Part shown: in pieces, positions 55,928-64,000 of the stretch
Layout of the letters: the number at the start of each line of letters is the position of its first letter
Numbering within the stretch: the first letter of the stretch is position 1
Virus record (IMG/VR): IMGVR_UViG_3300007512_002775
Coordinates: 1 to 64,000 of that record
Direction: 5' to 3' (one strand)
DNA from: a virus
Length of the DNA stretch: 64,000 bases
Notes under the pieces: model-generated
What the model was told of the DNA's origin: nothing
The model's database searches: none
What the model saw: only the letters and a program-made list of their open reading frames with translations
Position numbers and translations under genes: made by a program

Positions 55928-55956
55928 ATTATATCCAATTATTCAGACAATTTACA
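55928..55956 (-). promoter_or_regulatory. early promoter TGTAAA-N17-TATAAT
   Basis: repeated motif upstream of tdk. Confidence 0.75.
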
Positions 55957-55984
55957 TCAATTATTGTATTCTGTCCTCATGATA

Positions 55985-56013
55985 ATATAAAATGAGGGCA
56001 CCGCGGTGCCCTC
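55985..56013 (-). terminator. intrinsic terminator
   Basis: perfect 20-bp palindrome GAGGGCACCGCGGTGCCCTC (55994-56013) followed on the minus strand by ATTTTATATT; ends the modification cluster. Confidence 0.7.
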
Positions 56014-56074
56014 TGTGGTTAGAACGCTTAAGCACGTGCTAAGTAGCGTTCATATACAATCGATTCGAAGTGCT

Positions 56075-56992
56075 TTAGTCCCTCACCTCCCCCCATGCTC
56101 TATAGCTATCGATTGCACCTTCGCTGTAATCGAACTCTGGCGTCGGATCTAATTCGCCAGCAACGTTCCAAAACAAAGCTCCCGGACGGCCATGCTCCAA
56201 CATGTACTTCCATCCCTTGCCGTCATAAGTAGACACCGTATCAAAAGGTGGCAAGTTTTGAGGTCGCTCTTTAGCCGTGAACGGTCGTGGTTCAGACCAA
56301 ATCTTCGTTCGGCCGAGCTCTCCAGCTTTCATGTTTCTCGCGACGCACACGCCACGCATGTCAGCATTCGGAAAACCAACCTGTAGCCCGCGAGTCAAAA
56401 CTCCGGTCGAGACCACGGTCCATACTTCCTTCGGCTCAGGAAAGCCAGATTCTAAGATGTTTTGACAGATTCGAGTAAACCCAGCGATGGTACCAGGGTG
56501 GTTTAGACCGAACGGCAGAAACGCTGCACTATTTTCTTTCGCCCATGCTGCTCCCATTCTATTGAGGTTGGGCATCGCAGCAATACGGCGCCACTTCACT
56601 TGCAGATCAACACCCAACTTCTCAGCCAACTCGATGGCAGCTGCTTGGTGATTTGTGATCCTTTTGCATGCTGGTGCAAACAAGACTACTTTCTTGTTAT
56701 ACAGATTCGCCAGAGAAACGATGGCGCACGGGGCATGTCCCACGCGTGGCATACTATATACCAATGTTTCTTCGGGCACTTGAGTTACCAACCACTCTCC
56801 AGCTCGAGCTTTCGTACCACCGTGACCAAGGAGATCCTCCCTCGCCACTTGAAACCCATTCACCTCTTCAATTATTACCGGGGGCAGTTTTGATACAAAC
56901 CCCTCTGTCATTTTCAGATAGGTCTCTCTATCAGGATACTCATTATTGATCTCCTTGTTGATGCCATCTATTACGTGATTGTTATGTGCCAT
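56075..56992 (-). CDS. PLP-dependent fold-type II enzyme (DNA-hypermodification-associated)
   Basis: REDLL.HGGTKAR (PLP lysine), LPFG, VVSTGV, T..TYDGK, LFWN. Confidence 0.8.
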   Translation of the reverse strand: MAHNNHVIDGINKEINNEYPDRETYLKMTEGFVSKLPPVIIEEVNGFQVAREDLLGHGGTKARAGEWLVTQVPEETLVYSMPRVGHAPCAIVSLANLYNKKVVLFAPACKRITNHQAAAIELAEKLGVDLQVKWRRIAAMPNLNRMGAAWAKENSAAFLPFGLNHPGTIAGFTRICQNILESGFPEPKEVWTVVSTGVLTRGLQVGFPNADMRGVCVARNMKAGELGRTKIWSEPRPFTAKERPQNLPPFDTVSTYDGKGWKYMLEHGRPGALFWNVAGELDPTPEFDYSEGAIDSYRAWGEVRD

Positions 56993-57083
56993 AATCAGTT
57001 CCTCCTTTTGTATGACATTGCATTATGCAACAATTATATTTTACCGATGTAAAGAGGTTCGTGAAGCCCTTAAAGTGATTTTT

Positions 57084-58133
57084 TTACCAAACCCATTGAG
57101 GGGTGCCTAACATCCATTTCTGTCGCCCTTTAGGGTGATCAGTGATCAGTGATGCATTCCATATCTTGGTTCGATCTAGATGACCGTACGTCTTCTCACG
57201 ATTGTCAGGAATGTAGTTCTCGACGTATCGGATGTAATCACACATGACATCCTCCAGGTCCTTCGGGTGACCACCGGTGCGATGCTGGGCTTCTTCCATC
57301 ACAAGATCATAGTAGTCTGCCTTAGAAACCCTCCCCACTTTCTCAGCAAAGAGATCCATGGCTTCCTGGGCATTCTTGCCATAGTACATGTGACTGCCTT
57401 CTTCTACGAGCTCGGGGTAGTAATCCGCGAGATCGGCCGCGATCGCCGTGTATTGAAAGTGGAACCTCTTCATGCCGTGCTCTCGGTTCCACTCGCACAT
57501 GAAGTCTACGATCTCTCGAATCGTCGCCTTTCCCCTGCAGCTTGTGGCTCTAAAGATAAACTTCCATACGTCATCCACCAGATGATGAGCATGCTCCCCA
57601 AAATAGACTTTGCCTCCGGTCCGATAACCGTTTCTAGGCTTGGGAAAAGCAGGGATCTGATTGCCGATCGAAGTGTACATGACACCATCGTAACTGCGGA
57701 TCCAATCCGTCATCTCCTCTACTGTCTTTAGCTTTGCGATCTCTGGAATTATCGTGTTACGGTAACCGTGATCAGCCTCAAAGGATGCGCCAGAGCCGGT
57801 AATTCGATGCACGAGAAAAACGAACAGCCACTCTCGATGCGTCCAGGCCACGTGCAGCCCTTCATAAGTGTGGTTCCGTGCCCGATGATCAGCGTCCCAC
57901 TTGTAGTACTTGGGAGCTCGACCAGCATACCACAGATCTTGCAGCATGTTTTGGAAACCAGCGTGCTTCCTTTCTACTGTGTCGTAGATGGTGACGTTTT
58001 CCATCAGATCATCACCACACGAACCAATGTAAGACATGCCGCCTAGGTTGCACTCCTTCTGGACTAGCTTCGCTTTGGCAGTATATTGCAGGAAATCATC
58101 AAAGTATTTGTTAAATTTAATCCTGTCTGACAC
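57084..58133 (-). CDS. amino acid:DNA transferase / aGPT-Pplase-like protein
   Basis: C-terminal F.FQ....AADL...G.NA..A...DLEDVMCDY.RY pattern like aGPT-Pplase clade 1; gene context. Confidence 0.65.
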   Translation of the reverse strand: MSDRIKFNKYFDDFLQYTAKAKLVQKECNLGGMSYIGSCGDDLMENVTIYDTVERKHAGFQNMLQDLWYAGRAPKYYKWDADHRARNHTYEGLHVAWTHREWLFVFLVHRITGSGASFEADHGYRNTIIPEIAKLKTVEEMTDWIRSYDGVMYTSIGNQIPAFPKPRNGYRTGGKVYFGEHAHHLVDDVWKFIFRATSCRGKATIREIVDFMCEWNREHGMKRFHFQYTAIAADLADYYPELVEEGSHMYYGKNAQEAMDLFAEKVGRVSKADYYDLVMEEAQHRTGGHPKDLEDVMCDYIRYVENYIPDNREKTYGHLDRTKIWNASLITDHPKGRQKWMLGTPQWVW

Positions 58134-59141
58134 TCAAATGCTCCATAGATAGTGTTCTGGGGAAATGTGCACGGAACGTGGTTTTTCCATGACACCAAAA
58201 TCTAGTTCGCTAAATTCGTTGATGAAGTACCTCGGCCATTCGATCACTTCAAACCCCAAAAAGGTGCATCGGTGTCGAAGTGCGTCGTTGAATGCCTTCT
58301 TGGCTTCGTTACGCTCTCTCCATGAACCCCAAAAAGGCTGGCCCTTATAGTAACCCGTCTTCGGTAATCGACGACTCTCATTTTCAATCGGTAGCGCAGC
58401 AACGACCTCGACCGTTTCCAATTCATAAGCTTCTTTGCATCGAAGAAGCTCTGCTAGATATCGGTCAGCCAAATCCACCGCCATCTGCCTCTGTTCAGAA
58501 GCACTCTTTGCTAGGCGGCAGACGTGGTGCCTGATGTCGATGTTACCAAAGTAGGTTCGAATAGAGAGTAGCTCACTAGGGTTTGAGCCGTGGGTATATT
58601 CTTCTATCCAATCCGAAAAACCTAAGTTCAGTGCGCCGTTCAGGGTCTGGCCATCCAGTCTGGTCAAATAAGCATCGGGACGCCAAGCTGCTAGAGCATG
58701 AGAGTCTCCTAACACCAAGCTTTTCTGATCTTGATCATGCTGCCTAACTGTCTTTGCGGAAGCACAAACCTTGGAAATCTTAGCAAAATCCAGCTGCCTG
58801 TAAGCAGGAGAAGAGTGCGGCCGCACACGGCAATGGAGTCGCTGGCCATAATCAGGGCAATCAATATCTAAGGAGAAGAGTTGCCCAGAAAAGTTCTGGA
58901 TCTGCTTTGCCTTAGCGGCTAAAGCGTCCCATGACTTATGGTCCTTAAGGAATACATTGACGCCCTTGGATTTCTCCTTAAACTCCATGCCATGTTCGAA
59001 GTAGACGATCTCTTCATTTGACCAGTCTCTTTTAAAAGCTAGTTCAGCTCCTAAGCATTTTCCCCACATGCGAGCCCAACCCGTACGATGACTCGTGGTA
59101 CGATTTGCATGAGTGGTAATAGGGCTAACGATTACAGACAT
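58134..59141 (-). CDS. SGNH/GDSL-like hydrolase or acyltransferase
   Basis: VLGDSH, G.T..G, FGNIDIRHH, C-terminal SVH. Confidence 0.55.
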   Translation of the reverse strand: MSVIVSPITTHANRTTSHRTGWARMWGKCLGAELAFKRDWSNEEIVYFEHGMEFKEKSKGVNVFLKDHKSWDALAAKAKQIQNFSGQLFSLDIDCPDYGQRLHCRVRPHSSPAYRQLDFAKISKVCASAKTVRQHDQDQKSLVLGDSHALAAWRPDAYLTRLDGQTLNGALNLGFSDWIEEYTHGSNPSELLSIRTYFGNIDIRHHVCRLAKSASEQRQMAVDLADRYLAELLRCKEAYELETVEVVAALPIENESRRLPKTGYYKGQPFWGSWRERNEAKKAFNDALRHRCTFLGFEVIEWPRYFINEFSELDFGVMEKPRSVHISPEHYLWSI

Positions 59142-59149
59142 CCTTACTC

Positions 59150-59587
59150 CTAAAATAGACCAGTGGAACCAAAGCCGCCAGGACCACGGATGGTCGCCTG
59201 CTCGAAGAGTTCCGATTCCTCGACCACCTCTATTGTATCATATAACACGGGAAGTAGCACCAATTGGACGAGTTTTTCTCCGGGCGAGATCATAGTCGTC
59301 TTGTCACCGACGTTGACGACGTGCAAATGGATCTCCCCTTGGTAATCCTCATCGACGACACACGCACCGACGAACAGTGACTTTTTGAGAGCAATGCCGC
59401 TCTTGTTAAAAGCGATCAATGCATACCCTTCTGGTACATTAGCTTTTATACCACTCGGTATGAACACTTTTTCGCCGACACCGATGCAAGCACGATTAAA
59501 ATCCTCAGGGACATAAAAGTCCAGCCCTGCTGATTGTGGTGTGCCCCTAGTCGGTGTCTTTACTTTCCGGACCTTCGTGATCCTCAT
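59150..59587 (-). CDS. dut: dUTPase (trimeric)
   Basis: SAGLDF, NKSG, VVDEDYQGEI, QLV, RG.GGFGSTG. Confidence 0.93.
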   Translation of the reverse strand: MRITKVRKVKTPTRGTPQSAGLDFYVPEDFNRACIGVGEKVFIPSGIKANVPEGYALIAFNKSGIALKKSLFVGACVVDEDYQGEIHLHVVNVGDKTTMISPGEKLVQLVLLPVLYDTIEVVEESELFEQATIRGPGGFGSTGLF

Positions 59588-59852
59588 CGGCCTTCTCCTT
59601 GATGTAATTGTCCAATGCACCAATGTAAGCGCATGCATCCAGTAAATTGTCTTCTCTATAAGAGTACGAATGTCTAGAAAGCTTGAGGGCGACCAATGCA
59701 GCGTACATGTCTGCAGCCGTAAAATCCTTACCAGTCATGCCACGAGCAATGCTTGCTGCCCTCTCCATGCCCTCCGAAAACGGGCCGTACTGCCTGGCTT
59801 TCTCTTCGGACCGCTTATTGACGATCTCGTTTGCTCTATCTAGTATGTTCAA
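59547..59852 (-). CDS. all-alpha nucleotide pyrophosphohydrolase-like protein (DUF6378-like)
   Basis: IL..A.EIV..R...YG.F......LKLSR......D..LD...Y. Confidence 0.65.
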   Translation of the reverse strand: MNILDRANEIVNKRSEEKARQYGPFSEGMERAASIARGMTGKDFTAADMYAALVALKLSRHSYSYREDNLLDACAYIGALDNYIKEKADEDHEGPESKDTD

Positions 59853-60678
59853 AGAACAGCTCCTTTTTTCTGCATGCAGCAAAGTTGTTTATGTCACTTT
59901 TTTCCATGTCTTCTTTCGGCAGAAACTTCCTTTCTTTTAGCAGCTTCTCCCAAGTCCAGCCAGCCTTTAATTCGAACCGGCGAGTGTTTGATGGGGGACT
60001 AACCGGTTCTTCAGTTAAAACCTTTGTCGCCATCTCAAAATGCCGTTCATACAGATGCAAGCTGCCAGCGTGGTGATGGTAGGAGCCTAGGCTGACGCCT
60101 GCCCCTCTCTCGTTCAATTCGTTGAGCATCAGTTGTTGGAAGAGCGCAAATGTGAAAACATCGTTACAAAAACCAAAGATGATGTCGTTGGATCGCATCG
60201 CAACACCTAGATGTAGGCTGTTATTACGAATGAAAAATTGCAGATATTGGGTACACGGATAATCTAGCTTGTTCTTCCCTTTGTGGTGCGGCTGATTTAT
60301 GACAATCGTCGCGCGACGTGTATCGTTGTCGCCCAACATCTCGTCGATAGCCCATTCCCACTGAGCAGAAAGATATACGCCGTAATTGGACTCAACTTCT
60401 CCGTCTTCGTCTTGGATCTGCTCCCATATCTTGGCCAGTTTGCCGATGTTATTGACAGCAGGATTTTTCGATAAATACCAGAGCCATTCTGCGATCGCAT
60501 AAGTGGAAGAAAACTTCCTGGCCTTAGAGTGAATCATCAGCTCTGTGGGATCTGCGATCTCAAACTGCTGGAATAGAAGCTCTTTCTGCTTACTTCCTCG
60601 GCTGTTCACTTCTTCGCCAAAATAATTGACTTTGTGCAGCAGCGATTTAAAAGCCGAGTCTAGCGAATCAAACTTCAT
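59836..60678 (-). CDS. thymidylate-synthase-fold enzyme, dCMP hydroxymethylase type
   Basis: SNYG, TRRA, PCT..Q..IR, MRSNDIIFGFCND (Asp at the Asn177-equivalent site, as in T4 gp42), SLHLYERHF; start re-called. Confidence 0.85.
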   Translation of the reverse strand: MKFDSLDSAFKSLLHKVNYFGEEVNSRGSKQKELLFQQFEIADPTELMIHSKARKFSSTYAIAEWLWYLSKNPAVNNIGKLAKIWEQIQDEDGEVESNYGVYLSAQWEWAIDEMLGDNDTRRATIVINQPHHKGKNKLDYPCTQYLQFFIRNNSLHLGVAMRSNDIIFGFCNDVFTFALFQQLMLNELNERGAGVSLGSYHHHAGSLHLYERHFEMATKVLTEEPVSPPSNTRRFELKAGWTWEKLLKERKFLPKEDMEKSDINNFAACRKKELFFEHTR

Positions 60679-60694
60679 ATCATTTATTTTATCA

Positions 60695-63600
60695 CTAGTT
60701 GTTGCCAAGTTCAAGTACCTTTCTCCAATTTGTGAAAAACCCAAAGTCTCCATTCTGCAACTGTATTGCCAGGACCGAGTAAGGGGAGAGCGTCGCATCT
60801 TTAGGGGTGTTCCAACAGAATACCCTGTGCTTCTTACCTGAGTTGCCCAAGACTTCTATGAGCAAATAAGGCTTGCCGTTTTTGGTCTTCTTCGAAATAG
60901 CCTTCAGGCAAAGCACCCAATAAATGTCTTCGCCTGAGAACTCGTCGATCGACTTGACGCCCTTCTCTTGCAACTTCTCCAAAAATTCTGCCGGGAGAAG
61001 CATCTCAACGTTCACTGTGCCTAGCAGGTTCATGCTGTTACTTGCCACTTCGGACATGGTCCACTCGCTGGTATCGCCACCTTCCAGTAGCAACTCCTTC
61101 ATGAAATTCATGCCTCGAAAGGGATCCTTCTTGGTGCTCTTCTTGAGTTTATCCCAGTGATCGATGACCACATCGTGAAAATGCTTGTAAGAATCAAAGT
61201 GGGCTTTTAGATCCATGGAATCGAAAGCGCGTAGCTGGATAAGGACCGACATGGCGCGCTTATTGAGCTTCGAGTGCTTCCACTTACCATCCTCACTCCA
61301 AAGCAAATCTTCGACGTTCTTATACGGTCTGTTTTGCATGATCTCGTAGACTGCAGCATTTCCTATGCCTTTGCAAGAAGAAAAGGAAGGCACGAAAGCC
61401 TTGTCTTCCGTACACACCCACGTCGTGTCTGATTTATTAATGTCAACACGAGCTATTTTGTACCCTAACGCCTTAACTTCAGAGAGGGCCTTAGCCAACT
61501 TCTTTGGACTTCCTGACGCAGCCTCGAGGTAAGCAGTAAGCCATTCTTCTTCGTAATGAGTAAGCATCCAAGCACAGTAGTATGAGATAAAAGCATAAGA
61601 CACTGCATGCGATGCATTGAATCCGTAGCCGGCAAAATAGAGGATCTTCTCATAGAGCTCTTGTGCAATGCCCTTGTTGATGCCATTTTCTATAGCTCCG
61701 CTAATGAACCTCTCCTGGAGCGCGCGGGCATTTACTACGTTTTCATCGCCGCCCGAGCTCGGCTTCATCATCTTGCGAATCTTGTTGAGTTCTATCTTTG
61801 GAATGCCGGCAACTACGTTGCATAAAGCCATCGCCTGCTCTTGGAAGACGATGCAACCATAGCTCGGCTCCAGCACCTCTTTGATCAGTTCATGCCCGTA
61901 TTCCACAGACTCTGGGTTCTGCTTAGCGTTGATGTAAGTTCTATCCACCTTGGCACTCAAGGGGCCTGGACGATATATCGATGTCAACGTTGCAATATCG
62001 ATGATGGATTCTGGCTTGGCTTTTTGGAAGAGCTTTTGCGCGCCTTTCTGTGTGCATTGGAAGACTCCGGCAAATCGGCCCTCGTGATACACGTTCCTAT
62101 AGACTTCTGGATCTTTCAGATCCATCTTCTTCGGATCCATGTGCTCTTGGTACCATGCCTTGACGTCTTCGAAAGTAGGATTCTGATTGCCTTCCTTCTT
62201 GAGGATGCGCCCGATGGCGCCTTCGATGATGCGCAGTGTCTCCAATCCTAGCAGATCGAACTTGACCCACCCAAAGGTCTCTAAGTGCTTCGCCGTCATG
62301 CCTTCGATCCATGGCGTCTGCACTTCGCCCTTCGTGACGATGAGCGGCATCCGTTCAGCGATCCTCTCTGATACGATGACTCCACCAGCATGACGCCCCA
62401 AACTCTTGTTCTGCTTGAAGAGAACGTTGATCGGCTCGAGAATATCCGGGTACTTCTCTAGGAAGTCACGCGTGCGCTCAGAATACCGTAGCGCCTCCTC
62501 GAGAGTGATGTCAAAGCTGACGTCATCTTCAGGCATGGCTCGACGGCCTCGGGCGACGTCCTTCTCCAGAGTAGACAACGCAATGTTGACTTCCTTGAAT
62601 TCCACCCCATAAAACCGAGAAACGTCTTTGATCAGCGACTTTAGCTTGAAGGTGTTGTAATTGGAAATGGGCACCACATTTTCAGTGCCGAACTCGTCTC
62701 GAAGTTGATCGATGAGCTTGTCTCTGTCAGAGACATCCGTATCAATGTCTGGGTATTCAGTTCGAAGCGGGTCCAAGAAGCGCTCAAAGAGCAGGCCGTA
62801 CTCGAGCGGATCTATGTTAGTGATACCGAGCAAGTAATTGACGAGCGAGCCGGCTCCAGATCCACGCCCGGGCCCGACGATCTGCTTCTGCCATGCCACG
62901 TCGATGATCTTTTTCATCGTCAAAAAATACTCAGAGAACTTCTTTTCCTTGATGACCTTCAATTCAGAAACAGTACGTGCTACATATGCAGGCTCTGTGT
63001 GGAGGCCTCTTTCTACCAACGCAGATTTGGCCATCTCCATGAGTGCCTGATCTGCCGTCTTCTCTTTAGGGATGACGTAAGACGGCAACTTCATAGAACA
63101 ATCAGGGTGAATTTCATCGATCTCATTGTGTGCAATGTCATGCGTTCTCTCAATCGCACTCCGCACGATGTCATCACAATAGAACTCCATGCCCTCAGTA
63201 GTGGTACGATACGACTCCCAGACTCCCTTTGCATTCTTAGGATAAAGTTCGCACTTGAGATCTTCTTCCGATTGAGGCAGCGCACTCGGATCGTAATCTT
63301 TATAGTTGAGCCAACCGAGCTTTTTGTACAGCTCCCTCTCTTTCCAATGTTCAGGACGAGCGTAATGACTATCGCACGTAACGATCAATCGATCGTCTGT
63401 GTTAGTCCTTTGAGCGAACTCCATGAGAGCCCGATTTACTAGATGCTGGGCACTGAGCTTGTTGAATTGGAGCTCCAAGCAAACATTGTCCCGGCCGACG
63501 GCATCTGTGAGCTGATCGTATACGTTCCCGATGCCGAGCATGATCTTCTCCATCAGGCTTCCATCGTCCAACAGTTCTGGCTTCAATTCGTCAAATTCGA

Positions 63601-64000
63601 CTTGCTGCAGATACCTGAAAACCTCATATGCCATCGGGCCGCCTAGACATGCAGTCGTAATGAGAAGGTGGCCACCCTGGGCTGCCTCCTTGAGCATCTT
63701 GTAGTCGACACGAGGAAAACGGTAGAACCCCTCCAGGTATCCCTTTGACACGAGCCCAAATAGTCTCTCGAGACCGACTGATGTCTTAGGCAGGACGACC
63801 ATGTGATGACGCCTCTTGATGGGATCATAGAACTTTCCCGACTTCGTCTCTTCTTCGTTTTCTATTGTGAGGCTTGCATCTTCGATACCGACGTCCAAGA
63901 TCTCATCGTTGGCATCGGTCACCGCTTCGACACACGTTGCCAGCTTCTCCCTCTCCTCAGACAACTTTTTGATCGCTGCAGCGTCCCCTCGCTTTTGGGC
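60695..64000 (-). CDS. dnaE: DNA polymerase III alpha subunit (5' end outside window)
   Basis: PHP remnants (TACLGG, TCDSHY), GRGSGAGSL, FERFL, PDIDTD, HAGG, KFDLLGL, FQEQ, GYGFNASHA; frame open to window end. Confidence 0.96.
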   Translation of the reverse strand, partial: AQKRGDAAAIKKLSEEREKLATCVEAVTDANDEILDVGIEDASLTIENEEETKSGKFYDPIKRRHHMVVLPKTSVGLERLFGLVSKGYLEGFYRFPRVDYKMLKEAAQGGHLLITTACLGGPMAYEVFRYLQQVEFDELKPELLDDGSLMEKIMLGIGNVYDQLTDAVGRDNVCLELQFNKLSAQHLVNRALMEFAQRTNTDDRLIVTCDSHYARPEHWKERELYKKLGWLNYKDYDPSALPQSEEDLKCELYPKNAKGVWESYRTTTEGMEFYCDDIVRSAIERTHDIAHNEIDEIHPDCSMKLPSYVIPKEKTADQALMEMAKSALVERGLHTEPAYVARTVSELKVIKEKKFSEYFLTMKKIIDVAWQKQIVGPGRGSGAGSLVNYLLGITNIDPLEYGLLFERFLDPLRTEYPDIDTDVSDRDKLIDQLRDEFGTENVVPISNYNTFKLKSLIKDVSRFYGVEFKEVNIALSTLEKDVARGRRAMPEDDVSFDITLEEALRYSERTRDFLEKYPDILEPINVLFKQNKSLGRHAGGVIVSERIAERMPLIVTKGEVQTPWIEGMTAKHLETFGWVKFDLLGLETLRIIEGAIGRILKKEGNQNPTFEDVKAWYQEHMDPKKMDLKDPEVYRNVYHEGRFAGVFQCTQKGAQKLFQKAKPESIIDIATLTSIYRPGPLSAKVDRTYINAKQNPESVEYGHELIKEVLEPSYGCIVFQEQAMALCNVVAGIPKIELNKIRKMMKPSSGGDENVVNARALQERFISGAIENGINKGIAQELYEKILYFAGYGFNASHAVSYAFISYYCAWMLTHYEEEWLTAYLEAASGSPKKLAKALSEVKALGYKIARVDINKSDTTWVCTEDKAFVPSFSSCKGIGNAAVYEIMQNRPYKNVEDLLWSEDGKWKHSKLNKRAMSVLIQLRAFDSMDLKAHFDSYKHFHDVVIDHWDKLKKSTKKDPFRGMNFMKELLLEGGDTSEWTMSEVASNSMNLLGTVNVEMLLPAEFLEKLQEKGVKSIDEFSGEDIYWVLCLKAISKKTKNGKPYLLIEVLGNSGKKHRVFCWNTPKDATLSPYSVLAIQLQNGDFGFFTNWRKVLELGNN

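Noticed and set aside
59836-60678. Annotation as ordinary thymidylate synthase (thyA)
   Set aside because: The specificity residue is Asp and the local motif matches dCMP hydroxymethylases, so thyA was not assigned.
1-64000. tRNA, rRNA, CRISPR array, IS element, intron/intein, or stop-codon reassignment
   Set aside because: None recognised by eye. Intergenic gaps are short, and known genes are full length under code 11 with all three stops in use. A tRNAscan/Infernal run would be needed to exclude small RNAs.
1-64000. Cellular (bacterial) origin suggested by groEL, aceAB, dnaE and def
   Set aside because: Housekeeping homologues are isolated from their usual operons and interspersed with many tiny ORFans, lysis-like genes, phage-type promoters and a base-modification cluster. 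No capsid or terminase gene is in the window, so phage identity remains an inference.

Overview
A gene-dense, mostly minus-strand 64-kb segment that reads as part of a very large (jumbo/huge) tailed-phage genome rather than a cellular chromosome. It carries replication and nucleotide genes (DnaE-type polymerase, 5'-3' exonuclease, TK, dUTPase, dCMP deaminase, IMPDH/GMPR), a GroEL, a truncated sigma70, peptide deformylase, a CCA-adding enzyme, a TilS-like domain, lysis-like genes, many tiny SH3-like ORFs and host-type metabolic genes (aceA/aceB, phhA plus a PCD-like gene, archaeal-type GAPDH, eukaryote-type PMM, IscA). A CglF-like protein and a Cys-repeat/VWA lipoprotein suggest a Myxococcota-like host. 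Three highlights. (1) A DNA hypermodification cluster couples a T4-type dCMP hydroxymethylase to an amino acid:DNA transferase-like protein, a PLP enzyme and an SGNH-like protein, which points to cytosine rather than thymine hypermodification. (2) A short 'LRRxIRExLLxE' peptide tag recurs on more than 15 unrelated proteins, many of them enzymes, and many of these genes are preceded by an ATAnTTA late-promoter-like motif, suggesting a capsid-packaged, protease-processed enzyme cargo. (3) A sigma factor lacks region 4.2 while the next gene encodes a region-4.2-like helix-turn-helix. I saw no tRNA, rRNA or CRISPR array. All family assignments come from motif recognition by eye, not database searches. 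Several start codons were re-called from RBS and gene-overlap evidence.
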